Both the position numbers and the translations under genes were made by a program. A model generated the notes under the pieces. That model searched no databases. It was not told where the DNA came from and saw only the letters and a list, made by a program, of their open reading frames with translations. A stretch of 64,000 nt of DNA from Octopus bimaculoides (taxonomy: Eukaryota): positions 40,184,495-40,248,494 of the forward strand of contig NC_068986.1 in assembly GCF_001194135.2 (NCBI RefSeq). Direction: 5' to 3'. Below, piece by piece: positions 59,982-64,000 of this stretch. Numbering within the stretch: position 1 is the stretch's first letter; each line of letters starts with the position of its first letter.

Positions 59982-60260
59982 CAGGGGTTTTCAAACTTTT
60001 TGACTTGCGGACCCCTTTATATTTCAGGCTTTACCTTAGGGACCCCCTTTATAAACGCTTATGAAAAATTATACATAAATATTTGCTTAAAGTAACATAT
60101 TTTTACATTTGTTTATTTAACAGTATTTAACAAATAGGTTGATCGTCAATTAAAAGATTTCGATGAAAAAACATATATAAAATCAAATTGCCCATAAAAA
60201 GTATTTGCTGTCCACGGACCCCCTGTCTTGTCCTTGCGGACTACAGTTTGAAAACCTCTG
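59982..60260. mobile_element. hAT (Buster/Charlie-type) MITE, 279 bp, perfect 8-bp TSD
   Basis: TIRs CAGGGGTTTTCAAACT / AGTTTGAAAACCTCTG (15/16); TSD GTATAGTC at 59974-59981 and 60261-60268 with central TA. Confidence 0.93.
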
Positions 60261-60992
60261 GTATAGTCTATTCTAATAGGATATCCTTGTTTAAATGAGG
60301 ATAAATTTTACCTCTCATTATTAATACTGCCTACGTCACCAATATATACTTTTTTGTACTGGTTTCAGTCATTGAACTATGACCCTATTGGAGCTCTACC
60401 ATCAGGTGTTTTTTGATGATTGTAGTGTCCCCAGTACTTCATTCACTCTAGTACATATTTTGTCATTCCATATTTCTATATTTTACTAAATGGATAAGTT
60501 ACCATACTGATTCAATACTGGTTTTGTTGCAAGTGGTAGTGTTTTGTGAAACACATACATGAATACATACATACATACGTATGTATGTACATACATGCAT
60601 ACATAAATAAATGACAGGTTTCTGGATAGTTTCCAGTTACTAAATTCCACATGGTTTATATGTATATTAGAAGACACTTGTCCAATGTGCTGCACAGTAG
60701 GAATGAACCCGGAAGCACGTGGTTACGTTGTGATCATCTTATTCAAACATCCCTGTTTGTATTTCTGTACAAATGTATTTGGTTTCAGTTGCCATGAAGC
60801 AGGGTGTGTTTGATTATATAATCTCACTGTATAACTGATGCTAATTTTGTTGTAGGAAGGGGCATGAAACTAAATATTTAAGGCATTTAGTCTCGATGCT
60901 TGAACGCTAGCCCTTTTTACCACCCACAGACACTAACTTGATTCTTCTCAGTCATGATATGGATATCTTCTCCATCCTCTTTTGTTTTATAT

Positions 60993-61112
60993 ATATTATT
61001 ACCTCTACCTTAGCGAAGGCGGAGGTATTGTTTTCAGTCATGTTTGTTTGTTTGCTTGTCTGTGGACAAGATATCTCGAGAACTGCTGGATGGATTCAGA
61101 TGAAACTTTCAT
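60993..61112 (+). mobile_element. Helentron-associated (HINE/DINE-1-like) element 5' fragment
   Basis: TATTATT-ACCTCTACCTT-AGCG-AAGGCGGAGGT terminal hairpin, then (TGTT/TGTC)n and GGATGGATTCAGATGAAACTT, the typical layout of this class. Confidence 0.65.
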
Positions 61113-61989
61113 GTTACTTGATGGTTATTTTAGCTAAAGCTCCTTAGAATATCATGCATCTCACAGAATCTCTCGTGTTATGTCCATATGCTTAATTTAC
61201 ATTATAGAGGGATTCTTTTACTGATCTATGCACATGATTTGGATTCAATTCTCAATTGTAGACATTTTGCATCACTTATCTCATTAATGTCTCAGAAAAA
61301 ATTATAAACCTCACACAGTGTCATTACTGTTAAACTATATCTTTCATTTTTTAAAACTTGTTTCAGTCTTTGGACTGCAGCCATTCTGGGGCACTGCCTT
61401 GAAAGGGTTTAGTTGAATAAATTGACCCAGTGCTTATTTTGTTTTAAAGTTTGATTCTTATTCTACAAGGATGTAAACAAACTAACACTGGTTGTTAAGT
61501 GATGGTTTTACTTAGTGTCTCAGCTTGGCTGCAGTTCAATGCCTGAAGCAAGCAAACGAATGTAAGATATAGAATTGCTCAGAAATTTTGACTGGTTAAA
61601 CAAGCCATTCTATTCAGTTACTTTCACAACTCATTCTGACTTGGAGCAGTGCACTCACCATAGTTGTTCTTCCTCATTATATCACCTTTGCACAGCAATT
61701 ATACAGCAAATTCAGAATGACTTCTGGGTAAAAATCAAAACATTATTCTCTAAATAATTCTGTTTTGCTATGCCATCTAATGTACAACCTTCTACATTTA
61801 TTTCAGAATTTTTTTATCACTACTTTGGCAAATGTGGTGGATTCTTTTCTTTGCTGAAGAGGTCACAATAGGATTTAAAATAATAAATTGTTGATCAATA
61901 TTCTTTTCTTTATTGCATAATTATTTCTAATTCACTTTTTAATTCTTCCTCGTTAGATACATTAACACTAACTTAACTATTAATGTTAA

Positions 61990-62208
61990 CCGTTAGCACT
62001 TAATCCAGCCATATTCAGCCCAAATATTTGATCTGTTTTATGTTCAAACTGACCAGATTCAACCTCTCACACTTAACCTACAATGTCATTCTAGAAATAA
62101 ACAATGACATCATTGAAATCTCAAAGCTACAAGATAATGCCTGAATAATTCAAAGCAATGTAAATAAATAAGCATTATATTTGACAGAGTAATCTGAATG
62201 CTAAAGGG
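61990..62208. mobile_element. piggyBac-type MITE family 1 (219 bp), inverted relative to 31455-31673
   Basis: TTAA-CCGTTAGCAC ... ATGCTAAAGGG-TTAA. Confidence 0.85.
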
Positions 62209-62494
62209 TTAAAAACGTTTTAACTCATGTGATTTCTACTTTTTGCTGTTGGCTGAAGTGTCTTCTGTTATTGACTTGCACCAACCAGAATGTTAATTTC
62301 AGAAACTACCTCTGAGTAGGTTACAAAACTTCCTGCCAAAAGCATGTTAAAAACTTGGAAAAGTTTTGTTTGCTCGTTAGTTTCCTGCAATATCAACTCA
62401 ACTAGAATTCACTTTTGTATCCAAAACTGGTGATGCTTTTACTATGATCACTTTTTTCTATTTTTTTTGGAACATTTCTGAATTATTTATGAAC

Positions 62495-62815
62495 TTCTCG
62501 GATACGGTCCCACTGTGTCTTAAGAAAGTGTCTTCTACTATAGCCCTTGGCGAACAAATGCCTTGTGAGTGAATTTGGTAAATGGAAACTGTAGAAGTCT
62601 GTGTGGATATATATAAATGTGTGTGTCTTTGTGTTGTTCCCTACTCCACCACTTGACAAACAATGTTGGTTTATGTCTCTGTAACTTAGCAGTTGGGCAA
62701 AAGAGACCATTAGAATAAATATCAGACTTTAAACAGTATTTGTTTAACTAAAACTCAAGGTGGTGCTCCAGTATGGCTGCAGTCCAAAGACTGGAACATT
62801 GTAAAAGAAAAAGAT
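62495..62815 (+). mobile_element. SINE family B1 (5'-damaged)
   Basis: GTGTCTTCTACTATAGCCC...GGAAACTGTAGAAG...GTGCTCCAGTATGGCTGCAGTCC. Confidence 0.72.
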
Positions 62816-62839
62816 AAAATATAATCTTTAATTCATTGA

Positions 62840-62845
<6 letters not shown>

Positions 62846-62913
<68 letters not shown>

Positions 62914-62920
62914 TCCCTCT
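62846..62920 (+). repeat. (CT)n microsatellite
   Basis: Directly visible. Confidence 0.97.
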
Positions 62921-64000
62921 CCTTTTTTCGTTAATTGATTTCTATTATAACTCTTCTATTCCGCTTTTTTTAAAATCTTCTTTACAATCCTTCGCCCCAA
63001 TTTCTGGACAAACTCTACACATTACCAGGTTGTTTATTCACCAGCTGTGGGTTCCCTCAGGGTTTACTCTATACACCTGTTGGTCACTTAATAATAGGCT
63101 GTTCTGTTTCCATTTTATTTTTATACTTCCTCTTATTATTTTATTTATTTTTTTTGTCTAGCTAGATCATCTTGCATTTTTTTTTCTTTCTCCCATGTCC
63201 AATTAAATTCCTCTTGCTCTAGTGCAGTAAGATACATTTTACAGTTACTAATCCATACTATCTGATATCATATCAGATTTAAAACACAGACCTTTTAAAC
63301 TTTGAGTCTTAAATCTGTTGCCATTTAACCCCAGGTTATTTCTGGTTGATCAAACCTAGGATCAAAGGCATTCCAGTTATGACCAACCCATTTATGTTTG
63401 ATAATATATAAAATAATACTACACACACATATAATAGGACTTCATTACCTTATGTGTACTTTTAAAAGGAAAGAGTGTGAGTTGAGGGAGGTTTGACTGC
63501 AAGTTCTAGCAGGCTGATTGACTGTGTGAAGGTTCCCTTGTTGACTTATCTCAAATAATATTGTTTGGTGTTTAAATTAGTTTTACACTGAAATCTTGTG
63601 TTGAAATATGTTAGAAATTGATCCACAATTACTGTTATCATTGAGTAGTTGTTTATTAAATACACTCACAAAGCATTGGTCAGTTCAAAGCTGTAGCAAG
63701 ATATATATATATCCAAAGTGCATACGGTGGGACAGAACCCACAACTATGTGGCTGGGAAGCAAACTTTTCATCCCCATTACCATAATTGCAGCTAGTTTT
63801 CTATTATAATTCCATTCACATATAGAATACTTGTATAGGAATATTAAATCAAATCCATTACTTGACTGATACTTTATTTTATTGATCTCTTTATTTTATT
63901 GATCTTGCCAACTTTGCTTTCTGAACTCATAGCTTAAAGGGCCATAAGTATATATACTGTCTGTATAGGTGTTCATAAATTATCTTTACAATTTCAACAG

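Overview
AT-rich, repeat-dense eukaryotic genomic DNA with nine N gaps (1734-2124, 3219-3352, 5979-5995, 11028-11215, 29568-29941, 43966-43975, 45512-45918, 48837-49182, 54424-54433). The SINE/LINE repertoire looks like an octopus (coleoid cephalopod) genome; this is recall of motifs, not a database result. No complete protein-coding gene is present, and most ORF-track entries are microsatellite, gap or repeat artefacts. Well supported: dozens of tRNA-derived SINEs (a Meta-domain-like family 'A', CORE-like families 'B1', 'B2' and 'F'), 3' fragments of three different RTE-clade LINEs, a full-length but dead DD34E Tc1 transposon (6060-7584), and several non-autonomous DNA elements with clear TIRs/TSDs (hAT, piggyBac-type, pogo-type, mariner-type, Helentron-type). 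The best host-gene candidate is a signal-peptide-like first coding exon at 18071-18116 (+) with a GTAAGT donor and a CpG-retaining GC-box promoter, implying that much of the downstream window may be one long intron. Unexplained structure includes a ~41-bp TGACAG minisatellite, a foldback element with inverted telomere-like repeats, a ~200-bp inverted repeat around a gap, a structured LTR-like segment, decayed hammerhead-like motifs and a retroposed SINE dimer. I did not find convincing evidence for a wholly new biological system; the findings are leads, not discoveries. Family letters (A, A2, B1, B2, D, F; RTE-a/b/c) are my own working labels, and many additional decayed SINE fragments are not listed individually.
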